64,000 nt of DNA from the NCBI GenBank assembly GCA_047602425.1, contig JASGHG010000001.1, positions 960,001-1,024,000 on the forward strand, read 5' to 3'. This document shows positions 50,486-59,994 of the stretch, in pieces. Below the pieces are notes generated by a model. The model worked only from the letters and a program-made list of their open reading frames with translations. It ran no database searches and was not told the origin of the DNA. Source of the DNA: Nibricoccus sp. GTDB lineage: Bacteria; Verrucomicrobiota; Verrucomicrobiia; Opitutales; Opitutaceae. Position 1 is the first letter of the stretch; every line of letters begins with the position of its first letter. The position numbers were made by a program, and so were the translations under genes.

Positions 50486-52021
50486 TCAGTCGTGCGCGCA
50501 ACCGGCGCCGAGTTTCGACATCAACATGGCGGACTTGAGCGCATAAGCATGGGTGACGACAACCTGCTCATGGGACTCCACGCCCCCCAACAATTCCTGA
50601 TAGCCGGCCAAACGTGCGCCGAGTTCCACGGCGCGCACCTCGTATAGATCGGCTTCGCGCTTCAAAAAGACGAACGGTTTGCCATCGACATGTTGCACCG
50701 ATGCGGCGGGCACAAGCAGGGCTTTCTCGTTTTTCCGCGAAAGTATCCGCGCGGTGGCAAACATCCGGTCGCGCAGCAAACCGTCGGGATTTTCAAACTC
50801 CGCGCGCGCGCGGCCCAGTCGCGAGTGTTCATCCACCGCCGGACTCACCCACGTGAGTTTCCCGGTGAAAACCTTTCCCGGCAGCGAATCGACCCGCAAT
50901 TCCACGACTTGATTCGCCTCGACATGAGAGAGCGCCCCCTCCGGCACCTGCAACATCGCCCACATCATCGAGCGGTCGGCCAATGTGAAGAGCGGACGGC
51001 CGGCCTCGACCTGCGCGCCGCGCACGGCGTTTCGCTCGACGATTTCGCCGGCAAAGGGCGCACGCACTTCGACGTAGATTGGTTCGTTTTGCTGGTTTCC
51101 GAGCGCATCGATTTGTTCCTCGCTGAAACCAAACGTACGCGCCTGCTGGCAGGCTGCGCGATGGGCGGCCTCGGCTTCCTGCAGCGCTTGCGCCGAAGTC
51201 ACACGATCGGCGCGGAGCTTGCGTTCGCGCTCCAGCGTTTGGTGCGTGAGTACCGCCTTCGCCACGGTCTCGGTGATCGTAGCGGACCAGATTTTTGCCA
51301 CGCTTTGTTGTTCCGCGACCTTATCGCCCAAATCCACGTCCACGCTGTGAACCAGGCCGCTTACTGGCACGGCGATCTGCGCGAACTTGTTCTGGTTAAA
51401 ACTCACCTCCGCGACGCATTCGATGCCATCGGCGGCCAAGCCGGTTTCGGGCGCGGCGGTTTGCACGCCAATCATGCCCGCAGAATTGGCGGAAGGCAGA
51501 CGAACTTGCACGCTTTCGCCGGGCTTAAGCGCCGCCGCCAGTTGCGGCTGACAGATTGCACATTGCGCTTCGGGCACGCCATGCTCGCTGCACATCAAAA
51601 CCGGACCGGTCTGAGCCGTTGGTTTGTTTTTCCGCGCGAGTTCCGGATGACAAAGCATGCATTCGTCTTCGTAGAGCGAATGTTCCTGGCACCAGGCGCG
51701 CTTTTTATCCTGGAGTTCGGGGTGACATTCCCAGCAACGGTCCTCATACCGCGCGTGCTCCTGACACCAAAGGCGGTCCGCTTCACGCAGGCTCGCATCG
51801 CAAATAAAACAAAGTTCCTTCGGCGCGCCATGAGCGGCACACTTCGCCCCGGTCAATGCCACTGGCGCGGGCTGCGCGGCTTGAGTGCTTTTGGCGTGTC
51901 CGTGCCCAGAGTGATCATGGCCGGCATGATCGTCGTGGCCGTCCTGTTTTTTGCAGCCAGCCAGCAAGGCCAGCGCCACAAGCGGAACCGTGATGAAGTG
52001 GAGGGTAAATTTCGTTTTCAT
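50486..52021 (-). CDS. RND periplasmic adaptor with His-rich and Cys/His-repeat N-terminus
   Basis: Lipobox LAGC; HDDHAGHDH; four C-x2-H-x6-C-x2-C units; MFP core. Confidence 0.92.
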   Translation of the reverse strand: MKTKFTLHFITVPLVALALLAGCKKQDGHDDHAGHDHSGHGHAKSTQAAQPAPVALTGAKCAAHGAPKELCFICDASLREADRLWCQEHARYEDRCWECHPELQDKKRAWCQEHSLYEDECMLCHPELARKNKPTAQTGPVLMCSEHGVPEAQCAICQPQLAAALKPGESVQVRLPSANSAGMIGVQTAAPETGLAADGIECVAEVSFNQNKFAQIAVPVSGLVHSVDVDLGDKVAEQQSVAKIWSATITETVAKAVLTHQTLERERKLRADRVTSAQALQEAEAAHRAACQQARTFGFSEEQIDALGNQQNEPIYVEVRAPFAGEIVERNAVRGAQVEAGRPLFTLADRSMMWAMLQVPEGALSHVEANQVVELRVDSLPGKVFTGKLTWVSPAVDEHSRLGRARAEFENPDGLLRDRMFATARILSRKNEKALLVPAASVQHVDGKPFVFLKREADLYEVRAVELGARLAGYQELLGGVESHEQVVVTHAYALKSAMLMSKLGAGCAHD

Positions 52022-52042
52022 AAATTGGTGGGTTTTAAAAGT

Positions 52043-53332
52043 TCAAGATTTTGGGGCCGTCGTGATGAGCAATGCTTCGAGTTCGGCGTGCGCCGCATTC
52101 ATTTCTAAAAGTCTAGACTGATAGGTCATCTGCACTTCGGCCGTGGTGCGCTGTGTATCCACGAGATCGGCGAAGCCAAATTTGCCCTCCTCGTAACCGG
52201 CCTGCACCAGACGCAGCGCCTCAACGGCCTTCGGCAAGATCCGTTCGCGGTAACCTTTTACCTGCTGGCATGCGGTTCGGTAACGGCCGGCAGCGTCGGC
52301 CAGGTCGCGCTGAAGTTGGAGTCGCATGGCGTGCAGTTCGGCTTTCGCCACGTTGACATTGGCGCGTGCTTCCTGACGCAGACCCTTGCCGCGATCCAGC
52401 AGCGGAAGCGGCAGGGAAAGGCTGACCTGCCCGATCGACTGGCCCGTTTCGCCCGCTTCACCGGCGGCGACACCGACTTTCACATCGGGATAAGCTTCGA
52501 GTCGCGCGCGGCGACTTTCCAATTCTGCTCGCTCCAGATTGGCTTGCGCCGCACGTATCGCCGGGTGCGTTTCCAGCGCATCGCCATCCGCTCGCGCAAG
52601 CAGGTCGGCGGTGGGCTGCTCGGCCAGTTCGCCGGCCAGCTTCGCATCGACCAAGTCCGGACGCCCCAGCTCCGCTGCCAGCGCCTGCCTCGCCGCAGCG
52701 AGTTCGCGTTGCAAATCTCCCGCTTCGGCCTTCGCCTGTTCGGCCTGCACTTCGGCGCGCAACTGTTCCTGCAAAGGAGCCGCACCGGCTTCCACGCGCT
52801 TGCCCGCCGTCAATGACGAATCGTTCGCCACCGCCAGGAGTTTGGCCGACAGCGCCACCTGACGTTCCAGCGTCAGCACGCGGCAAAATGCGATTTTCAC
52901 GTCGCGCACCAATTCCAAGCGTCGCATGGCGCGTTCGGCCTCGCTGACCTTCACGCCGGCCCCGCCCGCCTGTTTGCCCAGCGAACGCTTGCCTGGGAAT
53001 GGGATTGTCTGGCTCAGGCCAATGGTTCGTTTTGAATCTTTATAGCCGCGACTGCGCAACGGCCAGTCCTCGGCCGCGAGTTCCAGTTCGGGATTGCTCC
53101 ACGCACGCGCCTGAATGGCGCGTCCCGTCGCGGCGTCGATCCGGCCAGAGGCGGCCTGAAGCGTGGGGTTATTTTCCAGGGCGATTTGCAGAGCCGTCTC
53201 CAGAGAAAGTGGCTCCGTCGCCGCTGCGCGGCCAGACAGGGCTGGCACTAGAAGTGCAACGGCGAGCAACAGGGATTTTCGAGAGAAAAGTGAAACGACA
53301 GTCATGATGATTGAAAACAAAGGGTTGTTCAA
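52043..53332 (-). CDS. TolC/CzcC outer-membrane channel
   Basis: ALENNP.L, LPLPL.DRG.G, Y.EG; operon context; start uncertain. Confidence 0.9.
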   Translation of the reverse strand: MNNPLFSIIMTVVSLFSRKSLLLAVALLVPALSGRAAATEPLSLETALQIALENNPTLQAASGRIDAATGRAIQARAWSNPELELAAEDWPLRSRGYKDSKRTIGLSQTIPFPGKRSLGKQAGGAGVKVSEAERAMRRLELVRDVKIAFCRVLTLERQVALSAKLLAVANDSSLTAGKRVEAGAAPLQEQLRAEVQAEQAKAEAGDLQRELAAARQALAAELGRPDLVDAKLAGELAEQPTADLLARADGDALETHPAIRAAQANLERAELESRRARLEAYPDVKVGVAAGEAGETGQSIGQVSLSLPLPLLDRGKGLRQEARANVNVAKAELHAMRLQLQRDLADAAGRYRTACQQVKGYRERILPKAVEALRLVQAGYEEGKFGFADLVDTQRTTAEVQMTYQSRLLEMNAAHAELEALLITTAPKS

Positions 53333-53414
53333 AGGGAGGGCACAGCGGCGCCCGGCTCGGCTCGCCTATGGCGAACCGCTCAACAGATTCATATGCCCGC
53401 GTTCTTCCGGAACG

Positions 53415-53846
53415 TCAGGCCACCGTCAGCGACGGCGCACGCGGCGGCTGGGCCGCCCGGTGCACAAACTGCCATGTAGGACTAAAATCGGGTGGTCGGT
53501 CGAACGACGCTTTACGTGGCATCGATTTCACCGCCATGGTCTCCTGTGCCGCGCTTTGCTCGATCAAATGGGCCAAAACCGTTAAAACCGGCATCGGCGC
53601 CACGATTTCCGACGAGGTCGGTTGGTAAGTACCGCTCTCGATCGGATTGCAGGCTTCAATGTCGCAGGCGCCACTTGCGCTTTCGCAGCAGCTTTGATGC
53701 GCCGCATGTTCCTCCTGCGCCGCCAGCAATCCCGCCGCCTCGAGCATGCAATGCTGGGCCGTCGGCAGCCAGAGAACCGCCAGCACGAGCGCGAGGATTT
53801 TGCGGAGGGGCAACACGGTGGCCAAGAAAACAGCAACCCGCACCAA
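53415..53846 (-). CDS. Cys/His-rich CzcI-like small protein
   Basis: LWLP...HC.LE, HQSCC, C-terminal RAA.PPRAPS; upstream of the efflux operon; start uncertain. Confidence 0.65.
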   Translation of the reverse strand: MVRVAVFLATVLPLRKILALVLAVLWLPTAQHCMLEAAGLLAAQEEHAAHQSCCESASGACDIEACNPIESGTYQPTSSEIVAPMPVLTVLAHLIEQSAAQETMAVKSMPRKASFDRPPDFSPTWQFVHRAAQPPRAPSLTVA

Positions 53847-53937
53847 GTCAACTGGCCTTCCCGAGGGGATTGTTCAAACTGTCAGTATTCGGCCTCGTAA
53901 CTCCCAGATCGACCGCACGTCTCATCCCCATCTTACC

Positions 53938-55212
53938 ATGAACATCTTCCCCCGCCTCCTTTTGCTTCTGGTCGGTTCACTTTTGGCCAGCGTACTCCAC
54001 GCCGAAACAGAGCCGCCGAAGGAGTGGATCGATCCCGACACCGGTCATCGCGTCATCCGCCTGACCGACGAGCCCAATTCCGCCAGCCTTTATTTCAACG
54101 AAAACGGCTACACTCCCGACGGCCGGCAGATGATCTACACCACGCCCGATGGCATTTCCGTCATCGATCTCACCACGTTCAAAACGCGCTCGGTGGTGCA
54201 AGGCCGCGTCCGCGCTATCATCGTTGGACATAAAACTCCGACCGTCTTTTACACAAAAGCCGTCGCGCCCGATCGCCCACGCGAGCGCTCCCTTTTTTCC
54301 ACCAACATCGACACCGGCGAAACACGGAGGCTCGCCGACCTGCCCCCGCGCGGCGGCATCGCCGCCATCAATGCCGACGAAACCCTTGCCGCCGGAACCT
54401 ACATTGTGGGCGACGGCGAGGACTACAACCAACGTCGTGAGGAAATCCCCGCCACACAGGGCCACTCCCTCGAACAGCCCATGAACAAGGGCCAGATGAT
54501 GGAAGCTCGCCTCGCGGCCCGGTTGCCCCTGGTCCTTTTCACCGTCGATCTGCGTACCGGAAAAACGAATACAATCCTTGAGAGTACCGACTGGGTGAAT
54601 CATCTCCTCTTCTCCCCCACCGACCCGACGCTTCTCATGTACTGCCACGAAGGTCCGTGGCAAAAGGTCGACCGCATCTGGACCATTCGCACCGATGGCA
54701 CGCAAAAGACTCTGGTTCACAAACGCACCATGGGCCGAGAAATCGCCGGTCATGAATTTTGGAGCCACGACGGAAAAACTGTCTGGTACGATCTGCAAAC
54801 GCCGCGGGGCGAGGTCTTCTGGGTGGCCGGGCTCAACTTGGAAACCGGCGAACGAACCTGGTACAATCTCCAACGCAACGAATGGTCCATCCATTTCAAC
54901 GTCTCGCCCGACAGCAGCCTCTTCTGTGGCGATGGTGGCGATTCGGGCCAGGTGGCGAAGGCCCCGGATGGCCGGTGGATCTATCTCTTTCGGCCCGAAC
55001 TCATCAACGACACGGGAACTCTCGGCGAAAAACTCATTCATCCCGGTGTCTTCCGTTCCGAGCGCCTCGTCACCATGTCGAAGCACAACTACAAGCTGGA
55101 GCCAAATGTCAGTTTCACGCCCAACCAGAAATTCGTGATTTTCCGCTCCAACATGTTCGGGCCCACCTACGTTTTCGCGGTCGAAGTGGTCCGCGCAGGC
55201 TCGAACAAGTAG
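53938..55212 (+). CDS. oligogalacturonate lyase family protein
   Basis: D.DTGHRVIRLT, YFN.N..TPDG, NH..FSP.DP, YCHEGPW, GHEFW, FCGDG. Confidence 0.9.
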   Translation: MNIFPRLLLLLVGSLLASVLHAETEPPKEWIDPDTGHRVIRLTDEPNSASLYFNENGYTPDGRQMIYTTPDGISVIDLTTFKTRSVVQGRVRAIIVGHKTPTVFYTKAVAPDRPRERSLFSTNIDTGETRRLADLPPRGGIAAINADETLAAGTYIVGDGEDYNQRREEIPATQGHSLEQPMNKGQMMEARLAARLPLVLFTVDLRTGKTNTILESTDWVNHLLFSPTDPTLLMYCHEGPWQKVDRIWTIRTDGTQKTLVHKRTMGREIAGHEFWSHDGKTVWYDLQTPRGEVFWVAGLNLETGERTWYNLQRNEWSIHFNVSPDSSLFCGDGGDSGQVAKAPDGRWIYLFRPELINDTGTLGEKLIHPGVFRSERLVTMSKHNYKLEPNVSFTPNQKFVIFRSNMFGPTYVFAVEVVRAGSNK

Positions 55213-55373
55213 CCGTTTCATCCCAGTTATTGTTCGGCCTGGCTGTTATCGCAGGGGCGTAATCTTGTTGCACCCTTCCGGTCGCAAGGCTCACCCCGGC
55301 GCGGCAAGATCGTCCCCGACAAGGAAAACCCGCGCGGGTTTCCGGTCTGTTTTCAGAGGGAAAGAAACGGGAG

Positions 55374-55402
55374 TGTAACGTTTTTGTCTCCGGTGCATCT
55401 AA
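55374..55402 (+). promoter_or_regulatory. candidate ECF promoter TGTAAC-N15-GCATCnAA
   Basis: Same motif and spacing at 56908 and 57635. Confidence 0.7.
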
Positions 55403-55445
55403 TCGTCGCCGTGCTTCATCGTCAAAAACCCTCACCTCATTCCTC

Positions 55446-56789
55446 ATGAAGCACGCAACTCATATTTTCGCCGCCATCGCTGGCGTAGTCGCTTTCGCCG
55501 TATCCGTCCTGCTCTTAGCCGCACCCATCGCTCGCGCGGACAACTTGCACGATGACGCCAATGACTTTGATCGCAGCATTGCTCGCTACAGCGCCCATCT
55601 CTTGCAGAGTGGCCGCGAAATTTTCCGTTACGATACCTTCGGCGACGAAGTTTTCTGGGGCGACGCCCTGAAATTGCACCAGGCAATCGCCGGTGCGGCC
55701 AATGGCGGAGTCGGACCCGGCGTTAGTCCGCAGACCGCTCTCGCTGTAGGTCTTAAGGTCGACCGCGACGCCCTGCCCTATGCGCTGCGCGTGCAGTTGC
55801 AAAAAGGCAAAGTCGATCTGACCGATCCCGCGACAACCCTGGCCTTGCTCAAGCTCGACGCCATTGTCGGTGTGAAAGGGTTTTTTGAGCGCGGCCGGCT
55901 TCGTTCGGTGGGAATTCAATGCGCGCTCTGCCATTCGACGGTGGACAATTCTTTCGCGCCCGGCATCGGTTCGCGCCTCGACGGCTGGCCGAATCGAGAT
56001 CTCAACGTCGGAGCAATCATTGCGCTCGCGCCCGACCTCACGCCGTTCACGCAGGCCCTCGGCGTCGACGATGCGACGGTGCGCACGGTCCTGAACAGCT
56101 GGGGCCGGGGGAAATTCGACGCCGCCTTGATGCTCGACGGAAAAGCGTTTCGTCCTGATGGAAAACCGGCGGCGACGCTTTTGCCGGCAGCATTTGGTTT
56201 GGCTGGCGTGAACCTTCATACCTACACGGGCTGGGGTTCCGTCACGCATTGGAACGCGCTCGTCGCCAATCTTGAGATGGGCGGCCAGGGCACGTTCTAT
56301 GACCCGCGTCTCGCCGATGCGGAAAAATTTCCCATCGCCGCCAAGCTCGGCTCGTTCGACGTGCGTCACGAGCCCGATCGCGTCACTTCGAAACTGCCCG
56401 CGCTGCATGCGTATCAACTTTCGCTGCCAGCGCCCACGCCGCGACGCGATTCCTACAACGGCGCTGCCGCCAATCGCGGCCGGGGTGTTTTCAATGGCAA
56501 AGCCCAATGCGCCACCTGCCATGTGCCGCCCCTTTTCACCGATGCGGGCTGGAATATGCACACGCCAGAGGAAATCGGCATCGACGATTTCCAAGCCAAA
56601 CGTTCGCCCGACGAGCACTACCGCACGACACCGTTGAAGGGCCTGTTTACCCGTGCAGAAGGCGGCTTCTATCATGACGGGCGTTTCGCCGATTATCTCG
56701 CGGTCATTAATCACTACAACGATCACATGAATCTCCAGCTCAACGAGGGTGAAAAGAACGATCTCGTTGAATATCTGAAATCGCTCTGA
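55446..56789 (+). CDS. exported di-heme cytochrome c (peroxidase/RoxA-like superfamily)
   Basis: Signal peptide; CALCH and CATCH; YRT.PL.G, YHDGR, DLVEYLKSL. Confidence 0.85.
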   Translation: MKHATHIFAAIAGVVAFAVSVLLLAAPIARADNLHDDANDFDRSIARYSAHLLQSGREIFRYDTFGDEVFWGDALKLHQAIAGAANGGVGPGVSPQTALAVGLKVDRDALPYALRVQLQKGKVDLTDPATTLALLKLDAIVGVKGFFERGRLRSVGIQCALCHSTVDNSFAPGIGSRLDGWPNRDLNVGAIIALAPDLTPFTQALGVDDATVRTVLNSWGRGKFDAALMLDGKAFRPDGKPAATLLPAAFGLAGVNLHTYTGWGSVTHWNALVANLEMGGQGTFYDPRLADAEKFPIAAKLGSFDVRHEPDRVTSKLPALHAYQLSLPAPTPRRDSYNGAAANRGRGVFNGKAQCATCHVPPLFTDAGWNMHTPEEIGIDDFQAKRSPDEHYRTTPLKGLFTRAEGGFYHDGRFADYLAVINHYNDHMNLQLNEGEKNDLVEYLKSL

Positions 56790-56907
56790 GGTTCACCGCC
56801 CAATCGTCGCCGCTAAAATTCGCGCTTCTCAACCCTGACATGGCCACGTCGCCCGGTTTCATGGAGCCCGGGACGACGTGCCGCCGTTTGCAAACGTTGT
56901 CGCCGGA

Positions 56908-56936
56908 TGTAACCTTTTGCGCCGGCCAGCATCCAA
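56908..56936 (+). promoter_or_regulatory. candidate autoregulatory ECF promoter
   Basis: TGTAAC-N15-GCATCCAA just before the sigma ATG at 56944. Confidence 0.7.
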
Positions 56937-56943
56937 GTTCGAA

Positions 56944-57639
56944 ATGTCTTCCGTCGTTCCCCTCTCTTTTTCAAACGTGCCCCGGCCCCAAGCCGACGTT
57001 TCAGACTCGGACGCCGTTAAGAGTGTCATCAGCGGCGATTGCGCGATGTTCGAAATCATTGTGCGCCGCTACAACCTTCGGCTTTACCGCGTGGGCATGG
57101 CTTATCTGCGCAATCATATGCAAACCGAGGATGCGATGCAGAACACTTACCTCAAAGCATTCGTTAAACTGCGCAACTTCGATGGCACGGCTGCGTTTTC
57201 CACTTGGCTGACCCGGATCATGATCAACGAATGCCTGATGCTGCTCCGCGGCCAAAAAAAGTTTCTCTCTGAAAAGATCGAGCCGGATGAACTCGCCTTG
57301 GAACAGGACTCGTCTACTTCTCCCACTCGCGACTCCTCCGACAAGGAGGAAATCAAACACCTCCTCGAACAAGGAATCAACACCCTGTCCCAAACGCATC
57401 GCGCCGTTTATATTCTGCGCGACGTCCAACAACTCAGCACCGCCGACACCGCTTCCTCTCTGGGCATTTCGGAATCGAACGTCAAAGTCTCGCTACATCG
57501 CGCCCGCGAAGAACTGAAAACCCACCTCTTGCAATCAGCGTCGGGGCTGGAACTTTTTGAGTACGCCGCTCCCTACTGCAACGCTATGACAGCTCGTGTC
57601 ATGGGCCAGATCCGCAGCATTGGCCGCCCGGACCTGTAA
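56944..57639 (+). CDS. ECF sigma factor with Cys-containing C-terminal extension
   Basis: RRYN.RLYR, ED.MQ, FSTWLTRI.INE, NVKV.LHRA; tail FEYAAPYCNAMTARVM. Confidence 0.92.
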   Translation: MSSVVPLSFSNVPRPQADVSDSDAVKSVISGDCAMFEIIVRRYNLRLYRVGMAYLRNHMQTEDAMQNTYLKAFVKLRNFDGTAAFSTWLTRIMINECLMLLRGQKKFLSEKIEPDELALEQDSSTSPTRDSSDKEEIKHLLEQGINTLSQTHRAVYILRDVQQLSTADTASSLGISESNVKVSLHRAREELKTHLLQSASGLELFEYAAPYCNAMTARVMGQIRSIGRPDL

Positions 57640-57663
57640 CCTTACATCCGCTCCCGCATCAAA
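57635..57663 (+). promoter_or_regulatory. candidate ECF promoter overlapping the sigma stop codon
   Basis: TGTAAC-N15-GCATCAAA; the TAA is the sigma stop. Confidence 0.7.
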
Positions 57664-57692
57664 TGAAATGAACAATCATCTCATTTCATCCG

Positions 57693-58031
57693 ATGCTCGT
57701 ACCTGCACTCATTCTCTTCGTCGTCGCCGCAATTCTCGGCCTCACCGTCGCAGTCCAAATCTTTAAGAAAAAGCCGACCGCCAAAGGCGTCGCCCTCGCC
57801 CATGGCGCTTTCGCCGCCGCCGGTCTGATCACACTTGTCCTGTATGCGGCGAAAAATCCGAACCATCTGCTATGGGTAGCAGTTGTCATTCTGGTCGTCG
57901 CGGCTCTCGGTGGCCTGATCCTCTTCATCAACGATATTCGCGGCAAAACAGGCCCGGCGGGACTTGTTGTCGTTCATGCCCTGGCAGCGGTTGCCGCGGT
58001 CGTCATCGTTTTGGTGGTTGCGATCAGATAG
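57693..58031 (+). CDS. small four-TM protein with two intramembrane His
   Basis: AHG.FAA.GL and VVH; internal duplication (VVAAILG / VVAALGG). Confidence 0.75.
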   Translation: MLVPALILFVVAAILGLTVAVQIFKKKPTAKGVALAHGAFAAAGLITLVLYAAKNPNHLLWVAVVILVVAALGGLILFINDIRGKTGPAGLVVVHALAAVAAVVIVLVVAIR

Positions 58032-58037
58032 GCAATT

Positions 58038-58460
58038 ATGCGCCTGTTGGGACACCCGGTTCATGTGATGCTGATTCACTTTCCCGTCGCGCTGTGGCCG
58101 GCGCACGCGGGCCTGCATATTTTTGCTTCAAAACTCCCGTCGGGCATGGCGGCCGTTACGGGTTTTTGGCTCTTGATCGCGGGTACCGCTCTCGGCTGGC
58201 TGGCTGCGCTCGCGGGCGTGTCGGACCTTCTCGGCATCTTGAAGGAGAATTCGCCGCCGAAAACTTCCCGTGGATTTATCCACGCATCCGTCAACGGCAG
58301 CGTCCTCGTGGCATTCACCACAATCGCCATCATGGAATATGCCCACTTTCCCACGATTTCTCACGGAGCCGCGTTTCTCATCGCCGAAGGGGCGTTGTTG
58401 GCAGCCATGGGCATTGGGAACTTTTTCGGTGGTTCGTTGATCTGGCAGCAGCGAGGGTGA
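58038..58460 (+). CDS. DUF2231-family membrane protein
   Basis: GHPVH..LIHFP.AL, H...N, GG.L. Confidence 0.85.
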   Translation: MRLLGHPVHVMLIHFPVALWPAHAGLHIFASKLPSGMAAVTGFWLLIAGTALGWLAALAGVSDLLGILKENSPPKTSRGFIHASVNGSVLVAFTTIAIMEYAHFPTISHGAAFLIAEGALLAAMGIGNFFGGSLIWQQRG

Positions 58461-58614
58461 CTCATTTTCAGTATGCCGCCCAAAACCAGTTTACTGACAA
58501 CAATCTATTACCGATGCCGATTAGTTTGTAACATTTTCGTCCGTTGCGTGTAATAGCTAGGTAGCTTTCAAATGCTCCCGGCTGACGGAAGTTGAACGCA
58601 CCCCTACCGCAACC

Positions 58615-59967
58615 ATGCAATCGGCCAAGTTTTTCCGTCTTCCTTTTACTGCCTCTATTTTTCTCGCTGCTTTGGCTTTCTTTTCGGGCTGCCAGTCATC
58701 CCCCAAGCCCTTCGCCATGCCGGTTGGCTTGTTTCGGGAGATCGGTTATGAAGATGCGGTGAAGCTCTCCCAAACCGAGAACAAACCGCTGTTCCTGCTC
58801 TTCGATGGCGACTGGGCTCACGACCGCGAAAAATTGATCGTCAACACCCTCGCCAATCCGTCCATCTCGCCCCTGCTGCGTGATCGAACCGTCGCGCTGC
58901 GCATCGAAGTTGTCGATCTTCCCGATATCGCCAAAAAACATCATGTCTCCAAGGTCCCGCTCCTTGTGCTGCTTGCTCCCGGTGGCCGCGAAATCAATCG
59001 TTGGTCTGGCGTGCCAAAGCCTCGGGCTTTCGCGAAGGAGTTCGATGCCCTGCTCGCCGGCGCGTCAGCTTCACAGTACAAACGTACGCTAACCAAAGAC
59101 ACAGACCTAGTTGCCCGCCACCAACTCGCCGGCCGGCTTGTCGTCGATGGCGAATATGCTGAAGCGCTGCAGGAACTGCTCTGGCTTTACAACACCGGTA
59201 TCGGCGAAAACAAGCTCATCGAAAAGGATCTACATGTAAGCAGTGTCATCAGAAGCTTGGGCCGACTGAAGGCCAAATTTCCCCCGGCCGCCGACGCGCT
59301 TGTAGCGCTGTGCGACCGGGAGAAACAACACGCACTGCGTTCGCCTAATAATACGACGACGGGCAGAAAGCTGGCCGAAATCCTCCGGGCTCTCGCCGAC
59401 AACGATATCTCACGCGTTCTCGATGGCAAAGTCCTCCCCGATAAAATTGCGGGCGCTATCGTTGAAAACGACAGTTCCCTCGCGGTCTACCGCGAGCTCC
59501 ATCCAGGGAAAGCGCGCGAGCTCGTGAAGAATATGGTCATTATCCCGTGGTTCGTTTCTCGGCATGACTATAAAAGCGCTGCCGACGAATTGCCCCTCAA
59601 CCAAGCCCTCAGCGCAATCGAAGAGATCAAAGAAATGAATATGTTCGGCCGCGGGATGGTGCGCTCAATTCTCTTCCCCGTCGCGGGTACAAAAGTGCCA
59701 GGCCTGATGATCGCAGACCAGCAGCGCCACATTCTGCAAAAACGCGCCATTTATTTCGAGATCTACGCGGGCGCGAACCGCATCGAAGAGGCGCGCGAGG
59801 TCGCCCGCGCCATTCTCAAGAGCGACCGGCTCAAACAAGCCCCCGCCGTGCTGCGCGAGTCCGCCCAAAAAGTCTGCGGTGACCGAACCATAACATTTCT
59901 CCAAGCACTCGCCCTACCGGAGCTTCCGCCGACGGTCACACCGCAAAGCCAACCCGCTCAACCCTGA
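58615..59967 (+). CDS. lipoprotein, thioredoxin-like fold without CxxC plus helical domain
   Basis: Lipobox FSGC; KP.FL.F...W; V..VP.LVLL.P.G.E..RW.G. Confidence 0.7.
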   Translation: MQSAKFFRLPFTASIFLAALAFFSGCQSSPKPFAMPVGLFREIGYEDAVKLSQTENKPLFLLFDGDWAHDREKLIVNTLANPSISPLLRDRTVALRIEVVDLPDIAKKHHVSKVPLLVLLAPGGREINRWSGVPKPRAFAKEFDALLAGASASQYKRTLTKDTDLVARHQLAGRLVVDGEYAEALQELLWLYNTGIGENKLIEKDLHVSSVIRSLGRLKAKFPPAADALVALCDREKQHALRSPNNTTTGRKLAEILRALADNDISRVLDGKVLPDKIAGAIVENDSSLAVYRELHPGKARELVKNMVIIPWFVSRHDYKSAADELPLNQALSAIEEIKEMNMFGRGMVRSILFPVAGTKVPGLMIADQQRHILQKRAIYFEIYAGANRIEEAREVARAILKSDRLKQAPAVLRESAQKVCGDRTITFLQALALPELPPTVTPQSQPAQP

Positions 59968-59994
59968 AACATCACCGACCAGCGACGTCCAGCC

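Noticed and set aside
46915..52108. Long antisense ORFs (e.g. 46915..48498, 50690..52108) and similar ones across the window
   Set aside because: Shadow frames of GC-rich genes with no recognisable motifs.
58527..58554. Fourth copy of the TGTAAC ECF promoter
   Set aside because: Downstream element is GCGTG at 13 bp, not GCATC at 15 bp; at best a different sigma.
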